Below, piece by piece: positions 10,195-18,600 of a DNA stretch of 64,000 nucleotides (positions are counted from its first letter, which is position 1; each line of letters begins with the position of its first letter). A program made the translations under genes and the position numbers. Below the pieces are notes generated by a model. The model had not been told where the DNA came from, ran no database searches, and was given only the letters and a program-made list of their open reading frames with translations. This DNA comes from a bacterium (GTDB lineage Bacteria; Patescibacteriota; Microgenomatia; UBA1400; PJMF01): contig JAQBYG010000002.1 of the NCBI GenBank assembly GCA_027620445.1, positions 1,130 to 65,129 on the forward strand, written 5' to 3'.

Positions 10195-10599
10195 ATGAAA
10201 TCAAAAATAAGCATCATCACGTTGGGCGTTTCAGATTTTGACCGTTCTTTTGCATTTTACTGTAAAGGACTAGGATTTCAGCCACATAACTACAGTGAGG
10301 GCGAGAACTATGTGATGCTTGAAATGGAAGGCACTTGGTTGGCGCTCTGTCCAAAAGAAACATTAATCAAAGATGTAGCACTTCCTATAGGAGAACCGGG
10401 GCTTTCTGAGATAACGCTTGCTCAGAACGTTGCTTCAAAAGAAATGGTTGACCAAGTATTCAAAGAAGCGCTTGCCGTTGGAGCCACCGTAATCAAAGAA
10501 CCCCAAGATGCATTTTGGGGAGGTTACTCTGGATATTTTGCTGACCCAGATGGATATTTGTGGGAAGTTGCTTACAATCCGTATACTGATTTGAGTTAA
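10195..10599 (+). CDS. VOC (glyoxalase/bleomycin-resistance) family protein
   Basis: ITLGVSDFDRSFAFYCKGLGF betaalpha-beta-beta-beta module; 134 aa. Confidence 0.65.
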   Translation: MKSKISIITLGVSDFDRSFAFYCKGLGFQPHNYSEGENYVMLEMEGTWLALCPKETLIKDVALPIGEPGLSEITLAQNVASKEMVDQVFKEALAVGATVIKEPQDAFWGGYSGYFADPDGYLWEVAYNPYTDLS

Positions 10600-10711
10600 A
10601 AAGCTGCAACTAACTATTCACCTAAAATAAATCTTTCGATCCAAAGTAGTCAGTCTAGATTTGATATGATTGCTTTATGGGAAAAGCATAAATAGTTATG
10701 ACGAACGCACC

Positions 10712-11332
10712 ATGAGACTCTTCCTCTCCTCTGAAGCTAAGCATCCAGACAGTCTCGCAAAAATGAAGGATTTTGTCGACGGGTTTGAAGGCAAGCGAAT
10801 CGCCTATATTCCTACAGCAGCCAATGGTGAATATATAGGTTCATGGAAAAATGGGGGATCTATACAAGCTGTTCAAAATTTGGGTGCAACTGTTGCTGTT
10901 GTTGAGCTTGAAAATTACTACAAAGAAAACACGCTAGATCGAATTAACCAGGCTGATATTATTTGGATGGCAGGAGGAATGTCAGGATATTTACTGTATT
11001 GGATACGTCGGGTAGAGCTGGAAAAAATACTGCCCGATTATCTAGCTACCGGTAAAATCAATGTTGGTTCTAGCGCTGGAAGTATGATTTGTTCTAAATC
11101 CCAATCACTCGCAGATTGGTATATCGGTGAAACGGAGCTAGGTGCAAGTTTTATACCCGGCTTAGGTTTGATTGATTTTGAAATCTATCCTCATTACACC
11201 GATGATGTATATGAAGAGATAAATCGAAAATGGACAAAAGGAACGTTGTGTTTGTTAAAGAATGGTGAGATGATCACCAAAGATGGTGACAAAATTCAGG
11301 TGTTGGGAGAGGAAAGAATTATTAGGAAATAG
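10712..11332 (+). CDS. Peptidase S51 (dipeptidase E-like) family protein
   Basis: IAYIPTAANGE...IIWMAGGMSGY...NVGSSAGSMIC pattern with nucleophile Ser. The likely start is MRLFLSS, not the ORF-track start. Confidence 0.55.
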   Translation: MRLFLSSEAKHPDSLAKMKDFVDGFEGKRIAYIPTAANGEYIGSWKNGGSIQAVQNLGATVAVVELENYYKENTLDRINQADIIWMAGGMSGYLLYWIRRVELEKILPDYLATGKINVGSSAGSMICSKSQSLADWYIGETELGASFIPGLGLIDFEIYPHYTDDVYEEINRKWTKGTLCLLKNGEMITKDGDKIQVLGEERIIRK

Positions 11333-11336
11333 CGCA

Positions 11337-11855
11337 ATGAAAAACATATTGATTGCCAAAATTACTCAGTTGAATCTTAAGGAAGCGAGCGCGTTGGCTG
11401 ATGGTATTTTCTCAAACGAAGATGTGCCACCAAGTTTGGGACTGGCAGCGAGTTGCGATCCAGCGGCTTTACAGCTACTTAATAGCAACCGCGACAATAG
11501 ATTCAATTGGCTTAGATACTGGGTTGCCATAGATCAAGACACTGACGCAGTAGTAGGAACTGTGGGAATTTATGAAGAAAAAGCTGATTCGACCGATTCG
11601 TGTTGGTTGGGTTGGTACTGCGTAGACCCTTCATATAGAGGTCGGCATGTAGGGACGATGTTAATAGAGTTTGCAATTGATCAGGCTACCGTTTTAAACA
11701 AACACTATTTGAAAGTGTTTACTTCTGTAGGCGATGCTAGAACCGCAGCACATGCAGTATACAAAAAATATGGTTTTGAACCAATTCCAAAAAATCAATT
11801 GAAAAGCAAAGAAGCCAATACAATCTACTTGCAAAAAATACTTTCCATTGCCTAA
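11337..11855 (+). CDS. GNAT family N-acetyltransferase
   Basis: Acetyl-CoA binding motif RGRHVGTMLIEFAI; 172 aa from the internal Met. Confidence 0.7.
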   Translation: MKNILIAKITQLNLKEASALADGIFSNEDVPPSLGLAASCDPAALQLLNSNRDNRFNWLRYWVAIDQDTDAVVGTVGIYEEKADSTDSCWLGWYCVDPSYRGRHVGTMLIEFAIDQATVLNKHYLKVFTSVGDARTAAHAVYKKYGFEPIPKNQLKSKEANTIYLQKILSIA

Positions 11856-12102
11856 TTCAACATCTGTATGACAACAAAAAACTGGAAAAAATTATTGTTC
11901 CAAATCATAAATACTCTTCTCTGTTGAGAAAGTTTGCGACGAAAATTGTTCAGGTCAGCTTGTTTAGAAAAAAAGTAGAGAGATAATAAAAAAAGGAGGC
12001 ATTCCCGCGGTGAAGATAAATCTTACAACCTTTGGTAGTCCTCCTATCGTGATAGGTTAACTATACAAAACAATCTGCTGTTTAGCAACAAAAAGACTCA
12101 AA

Positions 12103-12504
12103 CTACCAAAACAAATCCCAGAACGTCGGCTCATCCAACAATGTATATGAATCGACTCTGATTGCTGTAGTTGGGCCACTATAATTCTGGGCCCGATACT
12201 CTGACTTTGGCAACACGACCATCTCTCCCTTTAGCTTTACAACTGCGCCCGAATCTGCAGACGCAATATCACCCAATAGGGGAGTGTAATTCATTTTGTC
12301 TAAGTCGTATAACCGGTACAGAGGACCACAACCTTCTGGAATAAGACAGTCAACTTCGCTCCCGATCGACAAAAATCCAACATAGGTTGTTTTGAAAAAA
12401 GCCTCGCGTATGGCAATAACGAAAAGGAGACTGAGAGCTAGTACGAGCGAGACGAAAAAGGTGGTGACTAGTTTGGGGGAGGAAATTTTCAATTTTGGTG
12501 GCAT
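12103..12504 (-). CDS. Hypothetical membrane-anchored protein
   Basis: N-terminal TM helix (LVTTFFVSLVLALSLLFVIAI); no recognisable domain. Confidence 0.35.
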   Translation of the reverse strand: MPPKLKISSPKLVTTFFVSLVLALSLLFVIAIREAFFKTTYVGFLSIGSEVDCLIPEGCGPLYRLYDLDKMNYTPLLGDIASADSGAVVKLKGEMVVLPKSEYRAQNYSGPTTAIRVDSYTLLDEPTFWDLFW

Positions 12505-12565
12505 GTTGGACTAGAGTTACCTGGCCACTCTCAATTGTAGAGGAAATTTGGACTTACTACCAATT

Positions 12566-12898
12566 TTAAGCTTCCCTTTTTTCGAACCATTCTCTGTCCC
12601 GATTGAATTGCCATGGATCTCGTGTGTTCGACTTATGGATAGTTATCTCCCGCCAAACATCACCAACAACATACGGCTCTCTATCTAACCAGTTTTGAAG
12701 CTCTGTTTCAGAAGAAAAATCAACTACATACACAGATCCCTTCATAGTTCCATCATCATGCAAAAGAGCAGCGCCGTACCAGAGATTGCCACTGATCAAA
12801 AGCTTTTCTCCCATTTTGATATGGTCTTGCCTAACTGCTTGTCTACGGGAAGGGGCATCTGTGTCTACACCATCTAGTCCGATAACTACAAATTGCAT
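12566..12898 (-). CDS. YciI-like (Dabb) family protein
   Basis: About 110 aa; pattern MQFVVIGLDG...VYVVDFSSETELQNWLDREPY fits PF03795. Confidence 0.5.
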   Translation of the reverse strand: MQFVVIGLDGVDTDAPSRRQAVRQDHIKMGEKLLISGNLWYGAALLHDDGTMKGSVYVVDFSSETELQNWLDREPYVVGDVWREITIHKSNTRDPWQFNRDREWFEKREA

Positions 12899-12905
12899 TG
12901 ACCTC

Positions 12906-14126
12906 CTAACTACTCATGGCTTGTGATTGTTTAGTTGCTATTTTATCAACTCGAAATATTGTCGCAAAAAATATGATGAGAATTCCTGCCAAAATAAACG
13001 GATACGTTGTGTGTTGATTTGCAAACCAACCCATCGTTAGGCCAACTACTGCACCATAGAGACTAACAAACAAATTTATTAGTGATAGTACTGTAGCTCT
13101 TATTTTCTCAGGGATAACTCCATTTTGGTAACTAGAGATAAGTGGGTTCTTAATTTCTGCAGTTCCGTAAGTAAATAGAAATGCAACAAAGGCTATTATT
13201 GGCGTAGGTGCTGCTGCCATAAAAAGGAAACCTATTCCTGGAAGAATTGTACTTGCTATCAAAGTTGTTCTTTTACCCAACCACTGCTCAATCATAAAGA
13301 TGTTCTTTTGTAAGCCAACAGCCAGCAATGCTCCAATCGCTGAGGCAATCCCCATGTTCATTGCTGTTAAGTTAAAGTGAACAAAGTATGGTTGAAATAA
13401 AGAGCCCAGTGTTCCCGAAAATGTAGCAGTAAAAACTGAAATAGCTGTCAACCACAATAAAAAGTTATTACCTCTAATATGTTGGATGCCATGCTTGAGA
13501 ATGATAATTGGAGATTCTTCTTCATGTTCGTATTCTTTTTTTGGCTCTTTTAAAGTGAAAGCTAAAAGCAACGCAATGAATACACTGCATGCTGTAAGAA
13601 AAACAGTAGTAAGAAATCTCTCTAGCGTAAACACAGGAACAAGCAAGCTACCTAGCAAGGGGGCTGCAAAAAAAGCTAAATAATATGCTGCCCCTTTAGC
13701 ACCCATGGCCTTTTTCATTTCATCTTCCCTTTTATCCTTTGGCAGGGTGTCATATATGAGAGCCTCAATACACCCTGAAGCAAAGGAAAACCCGACACCT
13801 GCAATTATGGCTATGACTACAAACACAAGATATGTGTCAGCAAAAATATACCAAACCTCTCCAATCAACTGAAGCAATAGTGCGATGATTATCGATTTTT
13901 TCCGACCGATTTTATCTGCGATTACACCTGTGGGAACTTCTGCTAAAAAGATTGTAGCTACAATAATTGACCAAATAGAGCTAACCTGGAATAAACTAAG
14001 GCTTCTTGCCTGAAGATAAAGTGTGCCAACATGTCCATATAAATACAAACTTGAAAAGAATGTAATTAAGGCAATTTTATGTATGTTGGTAAATTTCCTG
14101 ATGTTTAGTAGCTTTAGTAAATTCAT
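12906..14126 (-). CDS. MFS transporter
   Basis: 12-TM profile with the MFS signature GVIADKIGRKKSII between TM2 and TM3. Confidence 0.8.
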   Translation of the reverse strand: MNLLKLLNIRKFTNIHKIALITFFSSLYLYGHVGTLYLQARSLSLFQVSSIWSIIVATIFLAEVPTGVIADKIGRKKSIIIALLLQLIGEVWYIFADTYLVFVVIAIIAGVGFSFASGCIEALIYDTLPKDKREDEMKKAMGAKGAAYYLAFFAAPLLGSLLVPVFTLERFLTTVFLTACSVFIALLLAFTLKEPKKEYEHEEESPIIILKHGIQHIRGNNFLLWLTAISVFTATFSGTLGSLFQPYFVHFNLTAMNMGIASAIGALLAVGLQKNIFMIEQWLGKRTTLIASTILPGIGFLFMAAAPTPIIAFVAFLFTYGTAEIKNPLISSYQNGVIPEKIRATVLSLINLFVSLYGAVVGLTMGWFANQHTTYPFILAGILIIFFATIFRVDKIATKQSQAMSS

Positions 14127-14163
14127 ACGATCCGGTCAACCACTTCGTGGAATCAGTCTTCTG

Positions 14164-14234
14164 AGCGGGTGAAGGGAATCGAACCCTCTTCTACTCCTTG
14201 GAAGGGAGTCATTCTACCAGTGAACTACACCCGC
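14164..14234 (-). tRNA. tRNA-Gly (anticodon UCC)
   Basis: Folded by hand: acceptor GCGGGUG/CACCCGC, anticodon loop CUUCCAA, T-loop UUCGAUU. Confidence 0.85.
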
Positions 14235-14246
14235 ACTGTGCCTATT

Positions 14247-15455
14247 CTACCTCGAAGTAGCGCTTGGCACAATTTTCTTGACCAAAATCACCAGTGCAAC
14301 CAACATCAGAAGACTCGAAAGACCAAAGATACCCGGCACATAAAAGGTTGCCACAAGACCCGCCATGATCGGACCCAGAATCTGACCAAAGGAAGTGAAC
14401 GACTGACTAATACCAAGAATTTTCCCTTGCTCTTTGTCTGGCGCACTTTCAGAGATAATGCCAGATAGCACCGGAGCCATAGCAGAATTTGGGAGCATAA
14501 AAAAGATCAAAACCAGAGTGAAAATTGGTAAAGTGCTCGCAAAGGCGAGAGCAAGCAAAGCAACTACGGCCAGTGCCAGCAAATACTTGAGCAAACGCTC
14601 TTTGGACGGCACAAACTTTTCGGCAAGCTTGATACCACCAGCCTGTGTAAGCAAGCTCACAAACCCCGCCAGAGTAAAGAGTATGCCAATTTCCCTTGGA
14701 CTTAGTTTGAGAATATCAACAGTAAACGACTGGAAGCCAATGATAAATGCATTGCCGGCTAGTGAGATTATGATCGTCAAAACCAGTAACATGCCGACGA
14801 CAGGCTTTTTGAGTGCGTCTGCCATCCGCAACGGATTAAGCATCGTGAAAGAGGAACTCAGCTCTGATCGCTTGTGCTTAGGATTTGTCTCATCGAGAAA
14901 AAAGAAACCGAGCAGTGTGCCAAGAAGAGCTAAACCAGAGGCAAACCAAAAGGGGAGAGTCAGACTGTACTCACTCAGAAACCCACCAAGTGCCGGACCA
15001 ATCAGAAAACCAAAACCAAAAGATGCGCCTAGCATGCCAAATGCACGCGCGCGCTTCTTCCCCTCGACAGAATCGGCAATCACAGCCTGAGCAACAGACA
15101 TGTTGCCACCGGTAACTCCATCCAAAATACGAGCTAGGAACAGCTGCCAAAGTGCTTGGGCAGACGCAAAAAAAGCGAGGGACAAGCATGTTCCGAAGAG
15201 GCTGATGAGGAGTAGAGGCTTACGACCGTATCGATCAGAGAGCGAGCCGATAACCGGCGTCGCCAAAAACTGAAAGAGGGAAAATGACGCAAACAGCATA
15301 CTCAAACCGAGTGGATTAATCCCAAATCGCGCGGCATACGGGTACAAAAGCGGAATAATCGTGCCGTAACTGAGCGCATTGATCATCATCACGAGCGCTA
15401 GGATAATGAGTGTTTTCTTTTTCATGCCGAAGAAGGGATTATACCTAAGCCCCAA
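14247..15455 (-). CDS. MFS transporter (drug:H+ antiporter-like)
   Basis: 12-TM profile with SLSDRYGRKPLLLISL motif. Confidence 0.8.
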   Translation of the reverse strand: MGLRYNPFFGMKKKTLIILALVMMINALSYGTIIPLLYPYAARFGINPLGLSMLFASFSLFQFLATPVIGSLSDRYGRKPLLLISLFGTCLSLAFFASAQALWQLFLARILDGVTGGNMSVAQAVIADSVEGKKRARAFGMLGASFGFGFLIGPALGGFLSEYSLTLPFWFASGLALLGTLLGFFFLDETNPKHKRSELSSSFTMLNPLRMADALKKPVVGMLLVLTIIISLAGNAFIIGFQSFTVDILKLSPREIGILFTLAGFVSLLTQAGGIKLAEKFVPSKERLLKYLLALAVVALLALAFASTLPIFTLVLIFFMLPNSAMAPVLSGIISESAPDKEQGKILGISQSFTSFGQILGPIMAGLVATFYVPGIFGLSSLLMLVALVILVKKIVPSATSR

Positions 15456-15490
15456 AAAATTGGCAGTGTTATATAATTTGCCTTAAGAAA

Positions 15491-15574
15491 GCCTCGGTGG
15501 CGGAATTGGTATACGCGTCAGACTTAAAATCTGATGGTCTTACGATCTTGTGGGTTCGAGTCCCACCCGAGGCA
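15491..15574 (+). tRNA. tRNA-Leu (anticodon UAA)
   Basis: Acceptor GCCUCGG/CCGAGGC, anticodon loop CUUAAAA, long variable arm (type II). Confidence 0.85.
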
Positions 15575-15575
15575 C

Positions 15576-16019
15576 ATGTTAGCAAAAAACACTCAAGAAC
15601 TACTTGCTATTTCAGTCTCTGATCAAGATGGAAGTGAGGTTAGTTTACAAAACCAACTCGGCCACTACACCGTCCTGTACTTTTACCCAAAAGACGACAC
15701 GCCGGGTTGCACCAAAGAAGCATGTAGCTTTCGCGATGCAGAGGCCGAGATGCAGAAACTTGGTGTAACAGTAATCGGCGTGAGTCCCGACAAACCAGCG
15801 TCACACCAGAAATTTCAGAAAAAATACTCACTATCGTTTCCACTCTGGTCTGATCCAGAACACAAACTAGCAGAAGCCTTTGGTGCTTGGGGAGGGAAAA
15901 TTTTGCGCTCAACATTTGTCATAGATCCGAAAGGAAAAATTGTGGCCGTCTGGCCAAAAGTAAAACCGGAAGCGCACGCCGAAGAAGTGCTAGAGTTTCT
16001 CAGGGAGAACTTGCTATAA
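15576..16019 (+). CDS. bcp: Peroxiredoxin Bcp (thiol peroxidase)
   Basis: YFYPKDDTPGCTKEACSFRD peroxidatic Cys motif. It starts 2 nt after tRNA-Leu; the ORF-track start at 15534 lies inside the tRNA. Confidence 0.85.
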   Translation: MLAKNTQELLAISVSDQDGSEVSLQNQLGHYTVLYFYPKDDTPGCTKEACSFRDAEAEMQKLGVTVIGVSPDKPASHQKFQKKYSLSFPLWSDPEHKLAEAFGAWGGKILRSTFVIDPKGKIVAVWPKVKPEAHAEEVLEFLRENLL

Positions 16020-16034
16020 TACTGACCTTGTAGC

Positions 16035-16108
16035 CGGGGAGTAGCTCAGATGGCTAGAGTGCGCGCTTTGGGAGCGTGAGGTCGCAGGTTCGAGCCCTGT
16101 CTCCCCGA
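16035..16108 (+). tRNA. tRNA-Pro (anticodon UGG)
   Basis: Acceptor CGGGGAG/CUCCCCG, anticodon loop UUUGGGA, T-loop UUCGAGC. Confidence 0.8.
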
Positions 16109-16112
16109 CAAC

Positions 16113-16868
16113 TTACTTTCGCAACACAAACAGCAAATTATTCGGCTGGCGTAAATGAAAAAAACCGTTCACTAATTTTTTTAGTCGATAGTACGAACCA
16201 AAAGCAGTGAAACGATAGATTGATTCGACTCTAAATCCTGCCGTCTCAACTTCGAACCGCAACAACTCCTCGCTGTACACACGCACATGCGCATTCGGAT
16301 TACTTGGCATCATTTCCTCCAAACCCTCATTAATCGGGACGCTCAAAAAAACTCGTCCATTTGGACTAACTACTCTATGCAGTTCTTTGAGAACAGTAAA
16401 AGTCTTTTGGGGCGAGATGTGTTCAAGCACCTCTATGAGGCAAACGGTATCGAATGCATTCTTTTTAAACGGCAGCTTAAAAAGATCAGCTTGCAGAAAA
16501 TGATAGCTTGGATACTGCTTCTTCAGTTTTTTTAGTGACTTGGTTGTAAAATCCGTTCCGGTGAGCACAACTTCATCTGCAAATTTTTTCCAAACGAGTG
16601 CTTCTAGGAAACCTTTTCCAGAGCCAAGGTTGAGAATGTTACTACCTGCCTGCATAAGCGAAACAACTGTTTGATTGCGATCACGCGCCATGGGAAATGT
16701 CTCTGCTTGCGCATCAGTAAATTTCTCTTCCCAAAACTGCGGTGTATTCCCATCTTCTATCTCAGGAAAATTGCTGCTGTACGTTTTTTTTAACTTTGTA
16801 AACTGACGACGAGCCAAATACTGTTTGCGCAGTCGCTCGGTATCAAAGCCTGTTTGTGGTTGTCGCAT
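16113..16868 (-). CDS. Class I SAM-dependent methyltransferase (type 11 domain)
   Basis: LIEVLEHISPQKTFTVLKELHRVVSPNGRVFLSVP and the preceding G-rich SAM motif. Start chosen at the MRQPQ Met to avoid overlap with the mutY-like gene. Confidence 0.65.
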   Translation of the reverse strand: MRQPQTGFDTERLRKQYLARRQFTKLKKTYSSNFPEIEDGNTPQFWEEKFTDAQAETFPMARDRNQTVVSLMQAGSNILNLGSGKGFLEALVWKKFADEVVLTGTDFTTKSLKKLKKQYPSYHFLQADLFKLPFKKNAFDTVCLIEVLEHISPQKTFTVLKELHRVVSPNGRVFLSVPINEGLEEMMPSNPNAHVRVYSEELLRFEVETAGFRVESIYRFTAFGSYYRLKKLVNGFFHLRQPNNLLFVLRK

Positions 16869-16892
16869 GTCTGCTAGTATAGCAACACAAAC

Positions 16893-17693
16893 ATGTTTCA
16901 GACCTACATCCGCAACTGGTATCTTCGCAACGGACGACATGAGCTGCCTTGGCGCCAAACGAGTGATCCATACCACATTCTCGTCTCAGAGCTAATGCTG
17001 CAACAGACGCAAGTCGAACGGGTTATTCCAAAGTATATGAGCTTCATACAAAAATTTCCTAACTTTGGGACGCTGGTCAAAGCAGAACAGGCAGAGGTGA
17101 TGCAGCTCTGGCAAGGACTTGGCTATAACCGACGAGCCAAGTATTTACACCAATGTGCGAAGCAAATAACGAATAAACCATTCCCAACGACGCTCACAGA
17201 GCTAGAGAAGCTACCTGGTATTGGTCCCTATACTGCGACTGCCATTTGTGCGTTTGCCTACAACCAACCCGTCACGATGATCGAGACCAATATCCGGACT
17301 GTCTTTTTGTATCACTTTTTTCCTGATCGAAGTGAGGTCAAGGATGTCGAGCTGTTGCCGCTCATCTGCGAAACACTTGATAACGACAATCCGCGCGAGT
17401 GGTACTGGGCACTGATGGATTATGGCTCGGTACTCAAAAAACTGACGGGCAACCACAATCGACGCAGTTCTAACTACACCAAACAGTCGAAGTTTGTTGG
17501 GTCTCTCAGACAAGTGCGCGGAGAAATTATTCGCTTGCTCACGCGGGCAACTGAGCTAACGGAAGCTGAGTTGCAAACGAAAATTACGGGCAACAAAACA
17601 CACTTTCCTGAGGCTTTTTTGCAGCTACAAAAAGAAGGTATGATACGCCATGGTAAAAAATCCGCGAACAGTCGGCTTGGGTGGCACCTTTGA
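16893..17693 (+). CDS. MutY/EndoIII-family HhH-GPD DNA glycosylase lacking the Fe-S cluster loop
   Basis: MutY-like N-terminus (LPWRQTSDPYHILVSELMLQQTQVERVIPKY) and HhH (LPGIGPYTATAI). The region where the Cys-X6-Cys-X2-Cys-X5-Cys motif would sit contains no Cys. There is no NUDIX C-domain. Confidence 0.65.
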   Translation: MFQTYIRNWYLRNGRHELPWRQTSDPYHILVSELMLQQTQVERVIPKYMSFIQKFPNFGTLVKAEQAEVMQLWQGLGYNRRAKYLHQCAKQITNKPFPTTLTELEKLPGIGPYTATAICAFAYNQPVTMIETNIRTVFLYHFFPDRSEVKDVELLPLICETLDNDNPREWYWALMDYGSVLKKLTGNHNRRSSNYTKQSKFVGSLRQVRGEIIRLLTRATELTEAELQTKITGNKTHFPEAFLQLQKEGMIRHGKKSANSRLGWHL

Positions 17694-18600
17694 CCATTTC
17701 CATCTGGGACATCAGAAATTAATTTCTCAAGCAAGTGAAGTGGGTGAGAAACTCTTAATTGGCGTCACAACTGATGCTTTTGCACGACAACTCGAAAAAC
17801 AGTTTTCCGAATCATTGGAGTCTTACGAATCTCGATCAGCCAGTGTTTCCCGATTCTGTGAAACTTGGGGGTTTGAGTTCGAAGTATTTCCGCTCGATGA
17901 TCCCTATGGGCCCACACTCACAGCAGACACCAAAGTACAGCTCATCTGTGTTTCTACCGATACCAAAAAAACCGCTGACAAACTAAATCACCTACGGGCT
18001 GCTGCAGGATTAACTGAACTACCGGTAGAGATAGTTTCACTTGTGCGATTGGAAAGTGGTGAAATCTTGAGCAGTACGCTCATCCGTCAGGGCAGAGCAA
18101 ATCGAGCTGGAGAACTCTACGAATCAGTTCTGACAAAACCACTCACACTCAGCGAGACACAACGGGCGTTCTTTGCAAAACCGCAAGGGGAGTTCGTCGA
18201 AGAACCAGTAACAGAAAATGGTTTGCGAATAGTGGTTGGTGACTCGTCACTACAGAGATTTATTGCGAATAACTGGAAGTACGATCTGGGCGTCTTTGAT
18301 TATCAAATTGGAAGAAAGCCCTACGATTCACCAGTAATTGCGGCTGAGAACATTGATATTATCGCTGCAAACCCAGCTGGAGCAATCTCAACACACCTCG
18401 TCAGAGTCCTCAAAACTGCCTTAGAGAAAAAGATGTGCAACGTGTTTGTAGAAGGAGAAGAGGACTTGGCAGCGGTAGCTCTAGTGTTACTCGCACCCCT
18501 TGAGGCGGAGATCTTCTATGGGCAGCCAGGCGATGGTCTCGTCTGCATCAGCTGTACCGAAGAAAAGAAGAACACAATTTATAAAATCCTGCTACAGTAG
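17650..18600 (+). CDS. Fused archaeal-type phosphopantetheine adenylyltransferase + DUF359 GTP-dependent dephospho-CoA kinase
   Basis: N-terminal GGTFDHFHLGH nucleotidyltransferase motif (archaeal PPAT type). The C-terminal half carries DUF359 hallmarks (GDSSLQ...PVIAAENIDIIAANPAGAIS...EGEEDLAAVALVLLAPLEAEIFYGQPGDGLV). Confidence 0.65.
   Translation: MVKNPRTVGLGGTFDHFHLGHQKLISQASEVGEKLLIGVTTDAFARQLEKQFSESLESYESRSASVSRFCETWGFEFEVFPLDDPYGPTLTADTKVQLICVSTDTKKTADKLNHLRAAAGLTELPVEIVSLVRLESGEILSSTLIRQGRANRAGELYESVLTKPLTLSETQRAFFAKPQGEFVEEPVTENGLRIVVGDSSLQRFIANNWKYDLGVFDYQIGRKPYDSPVIAAENIDIIAANPAGAISTHLVRVLKTALEKKMCNVFVEGEEDLAAVALVLLAPLEAEIFYGQPGDGLVCISCTEEKKNTIYKILLQ

Noticed and set aside
11856-12102. 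247-bp intergenic region with AAAGGAGG followed by a 16-codon GTG ORF
   Set aside because: Too short and with no supporting signal. It is probably just the 3' UTR and promoter region between convergent and divergent genes.
14169-14468. 99-aa plus-strand ORF
   Set aside because: It lies across tRNA-Gly(UCC) and antisense to the 3' end of an MFS transporter gene, so it is a spurious ORF.
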